64,000 nt of DNA, taken from assembly GCA_020348925.1 (NCBI GenBank), contig CP070758.1, forward strand, positions 4,649,775 through 4,713,774, given 5' to 3'. The notes beneath the pieces were generated by a model. It made no database searches. It was given only the letters and a program-made list of their open reading frames with translations, and had not been told where the DNA came from. Shown piece after piece: positions 12,806 through 23,900 of this stretch. Made by a program: the position numbers and the translations under genes. The number at the start of each line of letters is the position of its first letter. The first letter of the stretch is position 1. The stretch comes from Gemmatimonadota bacterium (GTDB taxonomy: Bacteria > JBHIER01 > G020348925).

Positions 12806-15757
12806 TCACGGGGCACACGTGCCAACACCCAAGATGACGTTCACGATTCCGAGAACGTCCAAAACGTCAATATCAGCATCGCCGTTACAATTGGCCAGCC
12901 ACAGGGCATCGCCTTCCAATGCTTGAATCCCCAAAATATGGTTCACCGTTGCCAGGACGTCCAAGACGTCGACACCCCCGTCCCCGTTGACGTCGCCTCT
13001 CTCCCGAGAACCGAGACCGCTCAGTCGCTGGGCGTAAATATCGTGGGTATCCGCCTTCCCTTTACTGCGCATATCCTCCCATACAATGAAAGCGCCCCCT
13101 TGACCGTCCCCAACAATCTTTGGGAGCGTCTGTTTTTGAGCATACAAGCACACACACGTTCCATTATGTTCCCATTGGACGTTGCCTGATTCATCCATCT
13201 TTTGAGCAAAGATATCCAACATGGACTCACTCGATCGATAATCCTCCCAGGCCACAAGAGCTCCGTCATCGATTCCGCCCAAAAGAACCGGGGACGATTG
13301 ATCACCCTCAGCGGAGCATACATTGATGCCGTCCTCCGCCCACATTGGATCCCCGGTGCTGCTCAACCTCTGGCAGTAAATATCGTTCCCTCTCTCTATG
13401 TCGCGAAAATCATGCCAGGCGATGAAACAGTAAGAATCTTCACCAACAGCGACAGAGGGTGAAGATTGGTCGTTCTCGGCTCGACATACCGGAAGTCCGT
13501 TGAGAGAATCCTCTCCGCTCACTCTCCACAGTTTCATGCCACTGTTATTCACATTTTGGGCGTAAATATCCTTGGCCCCATGTCGCAGATCCTCCCAGAC
13601 ACAAATCGCCCCTCCGCCTCCGTCGCTGACCAGCACCGGCTCGAGTTGGTTGCCGGGTGACACACACAGCGCCAATCCCCCCTCCGGCCACTCAGAAGGG
13701 ACGGTTCCCCCCCCATCAAGCCTCTGGATATACAGGTTCTTATCGTCCCACGATCCCCCTTGCCAGAGAATGATGCCACCCCCCTCACCATCCTCCACAA
13801 TGCCGTAGGCGTAATCATCATCCTCGCTTTGAGTGATCAACACGCTCTCAAGCCCCCACGCCACATCCCCCTGAGCATTCACTTTCTGGACATATACATC
13901 GGAATCCCACCCCCCCCGAAAATCGCTCCACGCAATGAGTGCTCCACTGTTTCCGTCCGATGTGATGGAGGGATCATTTTGATCGCTTTCCGTCGGGCTG
14001 ATCCGGACCGCATTCGGCCACTGAGGAATACCATCCCCATTGAGCCGCTGCGCGTATATCTGCATAATCCCATCTCTCCGATCCTCCCAGGCGATAAGCG
14101 AACCCCCACTTCCATCGCTGACGACAACAGGTGCGGTCTGGCTGCCATCTCCTGTCGTGTCGACGCCAATCCCATTGTCGCCCCAAGAAACGAGGCCCTC
14201 ACGATCGACCTTCTGGGCAAAGACATAGGTTCCCAGGGATCCTCGCCGACCATCCTCCCAGACGATGATGGCTCCATCGGTGTCACTCATCACGTTCAGG
14301 TGGGAAGCATTGCCGCTAATACCGGCAATGACGACGAAGCCCGTTGTCTCCCATTGGACCGCCCCGGTGGGATCGAGCCGCTGGGCGTAAATTTCGACAC
14401 TGCCAGTGCGCTGATCACCCCAGAGAGCAAACACGCCCCCGGCGGCATCGTGTCGCAAGAGCGGGGAAAATTGGGAACCTGCAGCTTCGCAGATCGGCTC
14501 GCCGTCAACTGACCACTGCACGAGCCCATCGCCGTTCAGACGCTGGACATAAATATCTCCCAAAGGACTGCCTTCACTCCGTTGATCCACCCACACAAGG
14601 CACACCTCCCCAACATCCACCCGTGTCAGCCTGACTTCAATCTGATCGCCAGCGGCTGTACAGACCGCGACACCATCACTCCCCCACAGCGTCATCCCTG
14701 TTGTATTGACCCGCTGGGCATAAATATCCCAGTCGTAGGGATTATTTCGATGGTCCTTCCAAGTACAGATTGCGCCGTCGGAGCCGTCGTTGACCAATCT
14801 CGGCTCCTCCTGATTCCCGTCGGCACCACAGAGAATGGCTCCGCCTGGAGTCCACTGCACCTGGCCGGATGCAGTGACTCGTTGAGCATAGATATCTGTG
14901 TAACTCCCATTTCGCCGATCCCTCCAGACAACGAAAACCCCATCGTTGCCGTCACCCCATAATTTTACCTGATCCTGATCTCCGGCTGATCCGCACACGA
15001 GCAAGCCGCCATTCTCAAACTGGGCCAGACCATTGTTTGTCACTCGCTGAACATATATATCGTAATCCGTTCCCTTGCGTTTGTCCTTCCACGTAATGAA
15101 AGCCCCACCGAACCCGTCCGCACCTATGCTCGTACCGCTCTGCTCGGCCGGCTGCGTACACACGGCCATTCCGTTTGAAGGCCAACCCGAAGCGATGCTC
15201 CCCTCCGAGGTCACCCGTATGGCATAGATATCGCCATCGACGGCATTTCTGGCATCTTTCCAGGTCACAATGGCACCACCATATCCGTCGGAAGTGATAT
15301 TGACCGGTGAATAGGTGCTGATATTCTCATTCAAGATCACTCCTTCAGACGGCCAGAGCCTATTTCCCTCCGAATCAAGTCTTTGACAGTATACTCGACA
15401 CTTTGGATCGGCCACGACATCCACCCAGGCAATAACGGCACCGCCGGCACCATCGGCAATGATGACAGGATCCTCCTGACGACCCTCGGCTTCAATGACG
15501 TGAACGCCCTCGGCAGTCCACAGCGCGTTACCGTCGACATCATATTTTTGAGCATAGATATCGCGCGTTCCTGTGCGGCAATCCGACCAGGTCACATACA
15601 TATAGCCAGCGGAATCACCGTCCGCACTACGGTACCATTCAATATGTTTCCCCTGTCGCAGTTGCACACCATCCTGATCCCACAGAATCTGAGCCCCTGG
15701 GGCCCTGAAGGACATAACCATCACAAAAATGATAAAACCAAAAAATCTTTTCCCCAT
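12806..15757 (-). CDS. Secreted repeat protein (16 repeats of ~55-60 aa with WxDxR-DIYAQR, probable beta-propeller) with a C-terminal dockerin
   Basis: Signal peptide after a GGAGG RBS. Repeats of W.D.R...DIYAQR....G...W...G. C-terminal GDVNGDGGVDVLD...NCNGDADIDVLD. Confidence 0.85.
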   Translation of the reverse strand: MGKRFFGFIIFVMVMSFRAPGAQILWDQDGVQLRQGKHIEWYRSADGDSAGYMYVTWSDCRTGTRDIYAQKYDVDGNALWTAEGVHVIEAEGRQEDPVIIADGAGGAVIAWVDVVADPKCRVYCQRLDSEGNRLWPSEGVILNENISTYSPVNITSDGYGGAIVTWKDARNAVDGDIYAIRVTSEGSIASGWPSNGMAVCTQPAEQSGTSIGADGFGGAFITWKDKRKGTDYDIYVQRVTNNGLAQFENGGLLVCGSAGDQDQVKLWGDGNDGVFVVWRDRRNGSYTDIYAQRVTASGQVQWTPGGAILCGADGNQEEPRLVNDGSDGAICTWKDHRNNPYDWDIYAQRVNTTGMTLWGSDGVAVCTAAGDQIEVRLTRVDVGEVCLVWVDQRSEGSPLGDIYVQRLNGDGLVQWSVDGEPICEAAGSQFSPLLRHDAAGGVFALWGDQRTGSVEIYAQRLDPTGAVQWETTGFVVIAGISGNASHLNVMSDTDGAIIVWEDGRRGSLGTYVFAQKVDREGLVSWGDNGIGVDTTGDGSQTAPVVVSDGSGGSLIAWEDRRDGIMQIYAQRLNGDGIPQWPNAVRISPTESDQNDPSITSDGNSGALIAWSDFRGGWDSDVYVQKVNAQGDVAWGLESVLITQSEDDDYAYGIVEDGEGGGIILWQGGSWDDKNLYIQRLDGGGTVPSEWPEGGLALCVSPGNQLEPVLVSDGGGGAICVWEDLRHGAKDIYAQNVNNSGMKLWRVSGEDSLNGLPVCRAENDQSSPSVAVGEDSYCFIAWHDFRDIERGNDIYCQRLSSTGDPMWAEDGINVCSAEGDQSSPVLLGGIDDGALVAWEDYRSSESMLDIFAQKMDESGNVQWEHNGTCVCLYAQKQTLPKIVGDGQGGAFIVWEDMRSKGKADTHDIYAQRLSGLGSRERGDVNGDGGVDVLDVLATVNHILGIQALEGDALWLANCNGDADIDVLDVLGIVNVILGVGTCAP

Positions 15758-15856
15758 TTCAACCTCCACTATGATATGTTACACAAAGAGCCTCACCCCG
15801 GAAGCCACAAAATTTCACGAACTCATACGGAGAGAGGTTCAATTCGAAAGGTTACC

Positions 15857-18800
15857 CTAATAAGAACACGCGCCACTCCCTAAGATCACATTAACAATCC
15901 CCACCACATCCAATATGTTCACCTGGCCGTCCCCCGTATAATCCGACGACCACAACTGGTATTCCGTCGGCCCTTCCCCACTCGCCAATATGATATGAAT
16001 CACCCAAACAACGTCCAAAATGTTCACCCTTCCAACCTCATTCACATCCCCAATCTGAGACTCAACCCCAAACCAATCCAATATTCGCCCCAACATCTCA
16101 GCGCGCATATGAGACACATTCGCCACATCATAAAACTCGATCAGCGACTCAAAGCCAACTGCAAAATATATAACCCTGTATCCACCCCTGTAACGAAGAG
16201 CCGCAGTTTCGCCGGAACCGTAATAGATGAGTATTGAGCTGGCGCCGTTGAGAGGTTCGATCACGTCCGGGCTGTCCTGATTGTCCGCGCCTAAGTCACC
16301 TGGACAGAGCGATAGCATATCGAGCTCACCGGTGATCGGATCCCCAGGCACGCTGTACAGCCATATGTCTTCACTCCGGTCGGCCAAAAACCTTACATGC
16401 AAATAGTTCCTCAGAAAGGGTGACTCGCGAAGATCAGCCGCAATGTTTTGGCCTGTCATGAACAAACCCCCACCGTTGTCGAGAAAAGTTTTGAGCCATT
16501 CTTGATCGGATGGAGTGAGTGTAGAGTCACATTCGTTTCCCGTAAACCAGATCACTGCCTCATAATTATAAATCAAAGACGTATCCAACATACCATCGCT
16601 CAACCTATCGTACAGATCACACCCGATACCCTCCATATCACAGGCCGCTTCGAAATATATTTCCAGAGAGTCCCCGCCATCGTCGTCAACGAGCAGAAAC
16701 GCCGACTGTCCCACGAGGACTTCGAACCGGAGAGTTGTACCGTAATAATCACCGTTTGAGAAGATGGAAAGGTGAAAGGATACATAATGATACGGCGTTT
16801 CATTGCTCAGACGAAACACAAAAGGGTCGATCCAGTTTGTGCAGGAAGAGTCTGCCTCCACTTCAGGAAAATCCGCAGAATCACTGAGAAGTGAAAGATA
16901 CTCATCTTCTGTCCTTAGCACTCCCCGTACATCGGTCGCTTGCCCACCACCAACATTCCGGAGCTGAATGCGCAGTTCCCACACCTCTCCTGCTTCGGGT
17001 CTGCCATCCCCATCACCCTCGACCTCGTTGAGAGTGCAAGTCTCATAGGTTATTATGGGTGCTACAACCTCAATGTTAAAAGCCGTCTTCGAACAGAACG
17101 ATCCCCAAATTGCTGTCACAACCTCAAAAGGTATTTCGTATCCGTGCTCACAGTCTGGAGCAACAGCAACAACAAAGGGGCCTTCGCTCACGGCCGTTTC
17201 TCTGGGAGGTAGGTCAGGAAAGGTTTGGATACTATCCTGGACACAAGCACTCGTATCGCTGCTTCTCAAAATCGCTGTCACGTCCTGAGCTGTACTCCCG
17301 CCAAGATTGAATAATCGGATGCTCAGCTCGATCACTTCGCCTATGTCGACGAGGCTATCCCCATCTCCGGTACTCAATCCAACAGAATCGTCGTCAAGAA
17401 TCACTTCGCACAGATTGGTATGAGGATTCGAGGGGAATTCTGTGTTGGTTGTGAACTTTATCGCCGAGTGATCTGATAACTCTTGGGCCCCAGGAACGTA
17501 TTGTCCGGCATAGGTGTACTCCAGACCGCCCTTCTTGTCCGGAGACTCAATCCCCACAGTGGCAAAATTCCCCGCATAATCACTGTTGCTCACCGCCCGA
17601 TACTGAAACACGATCTCTCCATCCCCCGTTGGTGTCGGATAATACTCGGGATCATAGAGTACGACCTGAAATGTCTCTTCTGCATCATCATAATCGTTGT
17701 AAATCCTGCTCCACTCCACAACAAATCTATGTTCCTGCTCATCATTGAAATATACGACACAACCATTCCCCATGTAGAGATCGTCCCAGAATGGGGCCAC
17801 GAGGCACGGCGGGTTGAGAACCGCCGGAATGGACCAATTCCTGAAATTTGTCATCCACGTTGCCCCAAAAGAAAGCCATCCATTCGAACAGACGGATACT
17901 TCATCGTAAGTATTCCCATAATAACGAAAGGCGAACGGCAAGGGCAATACTTCGGTATCCCCCTGAGGATAATTCTCCCCGGTATAATACCCAGGCTCAA
18001 TGTCATCGATGAGATTTAAAACAGCCCCAGCCCCCCCGTGGAGTGGATCGATTTCAATCCACTCATAATTGGGTCTGTCATAATAGCGCCAGTCGAAACT
18101 ATCGTAAGCGAAATATCCGTAGGAATCGGGGCCGGAAGGATCGGATGGGGTGGCAAGCCCAACTGTTACCGGTAACATTACTACGTCCCTCATCTCAGAA
18201 TTGCTCTCCACATACAGGGTGAAGTGCACTTGATGTCCGGGGAACATACTCTCATGGGCTGAGATGATGAAAGGATTTTCCGAATTATCACCCTGGCTTT
18301 CCATCATGATGGTTCCAAAGTCCGCTCTCGAATCGATGAGAACGATATTTGGATCGGAAGTCCTGAGTGTTGCTCGAACGTTTTTACCGACCTTTTTCCC
18401 CTCATTGGTTATCGTTACTACAAGGCTACCCGTTTCACCGGGATCGAGGCGGTTGGGAAGCAGTGTCTGGCTTGAATCTTCTATATGAAAAGAGTGCAGG
18501 GAGAAGTCAGGAGCCTCCACCGAGATATCCAAAAAGTCTTCCCAAAGAGTTCCACTCCCATCGACAATTTCTATGGTGCACGTTACTACATGTCCATCCG
18601 GGCAATCCGGGGTAATCGAAATGACGTACTCTTCTTGACCCGCAACATCACTTCCAGGTGGAATATCCCCAAAATTCGCTATGCTTTGATGCACAGCCCC
18701 GTATGAATCATCAACCGCTATCTCAGCAGAGACGGAGAAAGCCGTCCGGCTTACACCCGCATTCCTCAAAGAAAGTATCAATTCCATCGTTTCTCCCGGA

Positions 18801-20923
18801 TTGACTTTTCCATCGCCATCGCCCGAGCTTTCACCCAATGAATCGTCATCGATATGATGGTTTGAGAGGGAGACACAGACCGGGACTTCCTGACCGAGTA
18901 AAATTGTCTGGTAGGGTTTGAAATTGTGTTTCGTAACAGTCACCAAAACGGAATCATTCTCTCCCACGGAGACAGGCAGGGTGATTCTCCCATCCGGTTC
19001 TGTATATCCTCCGGAGAGGATCCGTCCACCTGCGGTTAGACAGACATACGCACCATCGACGGGGAGATTGTCAGAATTTTCAACTGTCATAAACAACTGG
19101 TTGGTCCCAACACCAATCACTGAGGGATGATCGACAAAAAGATTGTTGGGGATATCTGTCCACATCACCAGTCCCGGATCGCCGATCAAAGTGTATATAT
19201 AAAAATAACACTCTACGGAATTCCAGGTGTTTCCCGGACCCCTGTTGTGCGGATATTGCATATACAGCTCCATTTTCGCTCGGGCAAAAGCCTGACCCAC
19301 TGTAAACAGGGAATCGTCAAAGACACCGGCATAAAATCCAGCATCCAGGACATTATTATAATTTACAAAGGTAAACATCGATGTGGGACCGATGATAGCA
19401 ACGGCTCCTCTCGGAAAAGAAACCGTTCCGGCACGCAACCACGCTTCTGCCGGACAATCCTCATTAAAATCAGCAGCATTGCAGACCATATCTGTAACCA
19501 CGGGCAGCATGAACCCATTATGCAGACCATAGATGTTGTCAAGGTCAGCAGGAGTTTGATATGCAGACGTCCATCCACCCCAGTCCATCCAACCACGATA
19601 GTTGACAAAGGCGACTCCCGAGTTCACGACAGCCGAAATATATCCCACATCACATTCATACCCTGGAAAAGTAAAGGACGTATCCACCTGTGTAAAACCA
19701 TTATCCAGGAGTTTCTCTCTCACCCATAGTTTCAGTGTTCTCGTTGAAGCATTTCCTTCATAATTGCAGATCATGAGAGCTCTCTTGTACCAGTTGGTCC
19801 GCCCCATGTATGGATTCCTCTCATACGAGACAATCTTATTCGCAACCGTTCGCATCTCGTTGACGGAAGACACTGACAATCGCCCCACAAAGACATCCGG
19901 GAAATAGTCCTCACCCTCCAGCATACAATAAGGATGGTCAGCAGCCACCCATTCCAATCCATCATCATAATAAAAGGTTGGCATTTCATCGACATCACCG
20001 ACGAGAATGACATATTCAAGGGGAACGGAAGCAGACTCGTAATAATCCTGGATATAAATTCGTATCAGATTGTTACTCGGGTTCGAACCAATCCGCGACA
20101 GCTTCACCATTTCTGTATGATGCCCCTTCTGTCGCTTCCACTCCACCAGTGGTTCCAACGCTTCATAATAGGCATCAGGTGTAATAATGAGATACCCTCC
20201 CCTTACAACCTCCTGAGATGACGGCAGGGCAGTATAGTTTACTATCGAACTTCTGTAGAGCTTTTCAAAAGCTTCCGGTCTTCCAAGGCTCCGGCGTTTT
20301 GGTGTGGCTGAATTTTCGGACCGCTTATATGTCAGCTTCACAGTAAGCCTTCGACACACTTTCACCTCTTCACGAACGGGATTGTACTGCACAGGATGAA
20401 GAATAAGAGGAACAAGACAAAGGTCCCGAACCATCACCGCAGACCCAACCTCAGCAGCAGGTTCAGGATAGAACGCATCCTGGGCATAGAACTCTCGGCT
20501 CATGAGAAAAGGGCGCTCGTCTCTTTTCTCGGTCCGTTCCTCCTGATGCGGCCACATCCGTATGTCGCTCAGGATCGAAGAGTCACGAAGGTCTACCTCA
20601 ACATCCACGGAGACACCCGGCGGTACGGCCACCAACCTGGCCAGAACAGGCAGCTCCGGCCGACCGGCCTCGGTTCTCCACCCGGCCCGGGATAGGCGTA
20701 CCTTCTGGTACTTCTCGCCTCCTTCAAAGATATCCTCAATGACCGGCTCGGGAATCTCAAGAGCTATTTCGGTCCCACTGTTGTCCGAAGCCAACACCCG
20801 AAACTCCGGAACATCTCGCTCCAATAAAAATTCGGCCCTAGAACCCGCACTGAGAAAAAAGACCGTCCCTATGCACACAAGAATAAAATGTCTTCTTCGA
20901 AAAATCTCCTTGACTGTGATCAT
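15857..20923 (-). CDS. Gingipain-like C25 family protein, paralog 1 (propeptide, C25 domain, Ig-like modules, dockerin)
   Basis: Propeptide GRPELPV/PVQYNP; YLIITPD, WKRQKG, YVILVGD, DVFVGRLS, NKIVSYE, LIGDPG. C-terminal GDVNE...NILD duplicated Ca-binding loops. Confidence 0.9.
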   Translation of the reverse strand: MITVKEIFRRRHFILVCIGTVFFLSAGSRAEFLLERDVPEFRVLASDNSGTEIALEIPEPVIEDIFEGGEKYQKVRLSRAGWRTEAGRPELPVLARLVAVPPGVSVDVEVDLRDSSILSDIRMWPHQEERTEKRDERPFLMSREFYAQDAFYPEPAAEVGSAVMVRDLCLVPLILHPVQYNPVREEVKVCRRLTVKLTYKRSENSATPKRRSLGRPEAFEKLYRSSIVNYTALPSSQEVVRGGYLIITPDAYYEALEPLVEWKRQKGHHTEMVKLSRIGSNPSNNLIRIYIQDYYESASVPLEYVILVGDVDEMPTFYYDDGLEWVAADHPYCMLEGEDYFPDVFVGRLSVSSVNEMRTVANKIVSYERNPYMGRTNWYKRALMICNYEGNASTRTLKLWVREKLLDNGFTQVDTSFTFPGYECDVGYISAVVNSGVAFVNYRGWMDWGGWTSAYQTPADLDNIYGLHNGFMLPVVTDMVCNAADFNEDCPAEAWLRAGTVSFPRGAVAIIGPTSMFTFVNYNNVLDAGFYAGVFDDSLFTVGQAFARAKMELYMQYPHNRGPGNTWNSVECYFYIYTLIGDPGLVMWTDIPNNLFVDHPSVIGVGTNQLFMTVENSDNLPVDGAYVCLTAGGRILSGGYTEPDGRITLPVSVGENDSVLVTVTKHNFKPYQTILLGQEVPVCVSLSNHHIDDDSLGESSGDGDGKVNPGETMELILSLRNAGVSRTAFSVSAEIAVDDSYGAVHQSIANFGDIPPGSDVAGQEEYVISITPDCPDGHVVTCTIEIVDGSGTLWEDFLDISVEAPDFSLHSFHIEDSSQTLLPNRLDPGETGSLVVTITNEGKKVGKNVRATLRTSDPNIVLIDSRADFGTIMMESQGDNSENPFIISAHESMFPGHQVHFTLYVESNSEMRDVVMLPVTVGLATPSDPSGPDSYGYFAYDSFDWRYYDRPNYEWIEIDPLHGGAGAVLNLIDDIEPGYYTGENYPQGDTEVLPLPFAFRYYGNTYDEVSVCSNGWLSFGATWMTNFRNWSIPAVLNPPCLVAPFWDDLYMGNGCVVYFNDEQEHRFVVEWSRIYNDYDDAEETFQVVLYDPEYYPTPTGDGEIVFQYRAVSNSDYAGNFATVGIESPDKKGGLEYTYAGQYVPGAQELSDHSAIKFTTNTEFPSNPHTNLCEVILDDDSVGLSTGDGDSLVDIGEVIELSIRLFNLGGSTAQDVTAILRSSDTSACVQDSIQTFPDLPPRETAVSEGPFVVAVAPDCEHGYEIPFEVVTAIWGSFCSKTAFNIEVVAPIITYETCTLNEVEGDGDGRPEAGEVWELRIQLRNVGGGQATDVRGVLRTEDEYLSLLSDSADFPEVEADSSCTNWIDPFVFRLSNETPYHYVSFHLSIFSNGDYYGTTLRFEVLVGQSAFLLVDDDGGDSLEIYFEAACDMEGIGCDLYDRLSDGMLDTSLIYNYEAVIWFTGNECDSTLTPSDQEWLKTFLDNGGGLFMTGQNIAADLRESPFLRNYLHVRFLADRSEDIWLYSVPGDPITGELDMLSLCPGDLGADNQDSPDVIEPLNGASSILIYYGSGETAALRYRGGYRVIYFAVGFESLIEFYDVANVSHMRAEMLGRILDWFGVESQIGDVNEVGRVNILDVVWVIHIILASGEGPTEYQLWSSDYTGDGQVNILDVVGIVNVILGSGACSY

Positions 20924-23900
20924 CTCCTAATCCCCAGTATGACATTCACGATGCCCACCACATCCAGTATGTTCACCTGGCCGTCCCCGGTACAATCCGA
21001 GGCCCACACCTGATACTCCGTCGGATCACCCTCAATAGCCAGTATAATGTTGATCATCCTCACAATGTCCAAAATATTTACAGCCCCATCCTCATTCACA
21101 TCGCCAATCCGAGGCTCAACTTCAAACCAATCCAATATGCGCCCCAACATTTCAGACCGCATCGCATACGCATTGGCGACATCATAAAATTCTATCAGAG
21201 ACTCAAATCCAACAGCATAGTACACAAGCCCGTACCCATTTCGATACCGAAGCGCCGCCGGGTTCTCAGTGCCGTAATATGTGAGAAGAGGATTTGCACC
21301 CCCGAGAGGCTCGATCTCGTCCGGACTGTCCTGATTGTCCGCACCGTAATTACCGGTGGCAAGAGAGAGCAGCCCCAGATCGCCTGTGATCGGATTCCCC
21401 GCTACCCCCTCCACCCATATCACCCCGCTGCTGTCTGCCACAAGCTCGGCATGCATGTACTCCAACAAAAAGGATGAACCCGAAAGATCCGAAGCAATGT
21501 TCTGACCGCTCACAAACAGGTTTCCCCCCTCATCAAGATACGCCTCCAAACACTCCTGATCGAAAACTGTCAAGGTCGACTCCCGCTCACTCCCCGTAAA
21601 CCATATTATCGCCCAGTAATCTCGAAGCATTGATACCCCAGGCGCACCCTGAACCGACCTCTCATACACCTCATAACTCCTTCCCTGACGGTTCAACGCA
21701 TCCAGATAATACACCTCACACCCATCCCCCCCATCATCATCGACAAGCAGAATGTCCGCCCGCTCTATCACGATCTCAAAGCTGAGAACGGTAGAGTAAT
21801 GATTGCTATTCGAGGAGACAGACAAGTCGAAGGACCTGTTATGATACGGAGTCTCATCGTCGATACGAAAAAGAAACGGATCGTCCGAATTTTCACATGC
21901 TGCCTGCGGCGGGATGTTTAAAAAAGAGACAGTATCATTGAGAAGAGTCACATACGCATCATCTATCGTTAAGACAGCACTGACCCCTGTTGCTTGATCA
22001 CCACCAATATTTTGAAGATTGACATAGAACTCCCACGTTTCTCCTGATTCAATTCTGTCATCCTCATCGCCTTCGATAACATTCAGAGTGAAGGTTTCGT
22101 GGACGATGACCGGGGCAGCAACTTCAATGTCAAAATTCGTCAGTGAGCAGAACGATCCCCCCGTCCGTGTTTCCAATACAAAATCGATGGTGTGTCCGTC
22201 CTCACAAACAGTAGCAATTTCTATCACGAAAGGCCCTTCGCTTCGGGCCGTATCCCCGGGTGTGATATTGGGAAAGGACTTTAGGCTGTCTTGAACCGAT
22301 ACCTTGAGATCCGCACTCCGCAACAGAGCCGTAATTCCCTCGGCATTTTCCTGGCCGTGATTGATCACCCTGAGAGCCAGTTCAATCCTCTCCCCTGCGT
22401 CAACAATGCCATCTCCATCCCCGCTACTCCTCCCATAAGCATCGTCGTCCAAGTGGCAGCCATAATATCCGAGAGACGGACTTTCCGGTCGGTGTCTCCC
22501 CGTCTTAAACTTTATGGCCAGGCCATTGTGCAATTCCATCGCACCGGGGGCATATTGCCCGGCATAGGTATATCCCAAACCGCTCTGCTTGTCAGGCGAC
22601 GCAATCCCAACCGTGGCAAAATTCCACGCATAATCACTATTGTTCACTGTATGGTATTGAAAAAGAATCTCGCCATCCCCGGTATCACTCCGGTAATATG
22701 CCGGATCGAACAGAAAAACTTGAAAGGTTTCAAGAGCATCGTCATAATCGTTATGCACCCCGCTCCACTCCACACAAAACCTGTGTTTCGGTGCATCATA
22801 ATAATAAGTCACACTCCCATCCCCCACGTACAGATCATCCCAAAAGGGAGCGATAAGGCATGGTGGGTTGAGAACTGCCGGAATACCCCAGTTCCGAAAA
22901 TTGGTCATCCAGGTTGATCCCATGGAAAGCCATCCGTTCGAACATACGGAGATGGTGTCGTAACTCTGGCCGTAATACCGAAACGTGAAGGGAAGAGGTA
23001 ACACCTCGGTGTCTCCCTGAGGATGATCATAGAAGGTTGAATCCAGGCCCGGCTCATCGACAAAATTGAAAAGGGTACCTGAACCACCGAGGGAAGGATC
23101 GATTTCAAACCACTCGTAGAGGGGTTTTTCAAAATAGGACCAGTCGTTGGAATCAAAAGCGAAATAGCCGTAAGCATCAGGACCCACCGGATCCGATGAG
23201 GAAATATTTCCAATTGAGATCGATAGGACAATCTCGTCCCTCATTCCAACATTACTTTCCAATACGAGCACGAATTGTGCCCGGTGTCCGGAAAAGGTCA
23301 TCAGATCGGCTGAAATCAGGAAAGGATCATCGGAATTGGTCGCCTCAGTTCCTAAAGGCATATTTCCCCAGAAAGCTGTTGAATCGACGAGCGTGATATT
23401 TGAATCGATCGTTCTGAGCGTTGCCTCGACATTCTCTCCAGGTTTTCGTCCTTCATTGGCGATTGTCACCACAAGATGCGCCGTTTCACCGGGATCAAGT
23501 CGACCGTTCGGTAACACCTGATGTGCATCTTCAATCACTACTTCTTCAAGAGAAAACGCCGGGGCCGCCACACCTATTCTGAGAAAATCATTCCACTCGT
23601 TCCCATTACTATCGGTTGCTTCTAAAGATAAAACGAGCTCATGACCGTCCGGACAATCATGCCTGACTGAGAATACATAGTCACCCTGACCCCAAACAGA
23701 ATCTCCGGGTGAGATTGCACCGAACTGTACAAATTCCTCAAGCACAGTAGCGTATCTATCGTCAATTGCGAATGTTGCAGAGACTGAAAAAGCAGTTTCC
23801 CCTATACCCGAATTTTTCAACGAAAGACTCAATTCAACGGTCTCTCCGGGATTGAGCCTCCCATCACCATCCCCCGAACTGCCATCTGACGAATCGTCAT

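Noticed and set aside
20880-20923. Twin-arginine (Tat) signal RRHFIL in paralog 1
   Set aside because: Not conserved in paralogs 2 and 3 (KRVCRG, RKRHCIL); Sec export is equally plausible.
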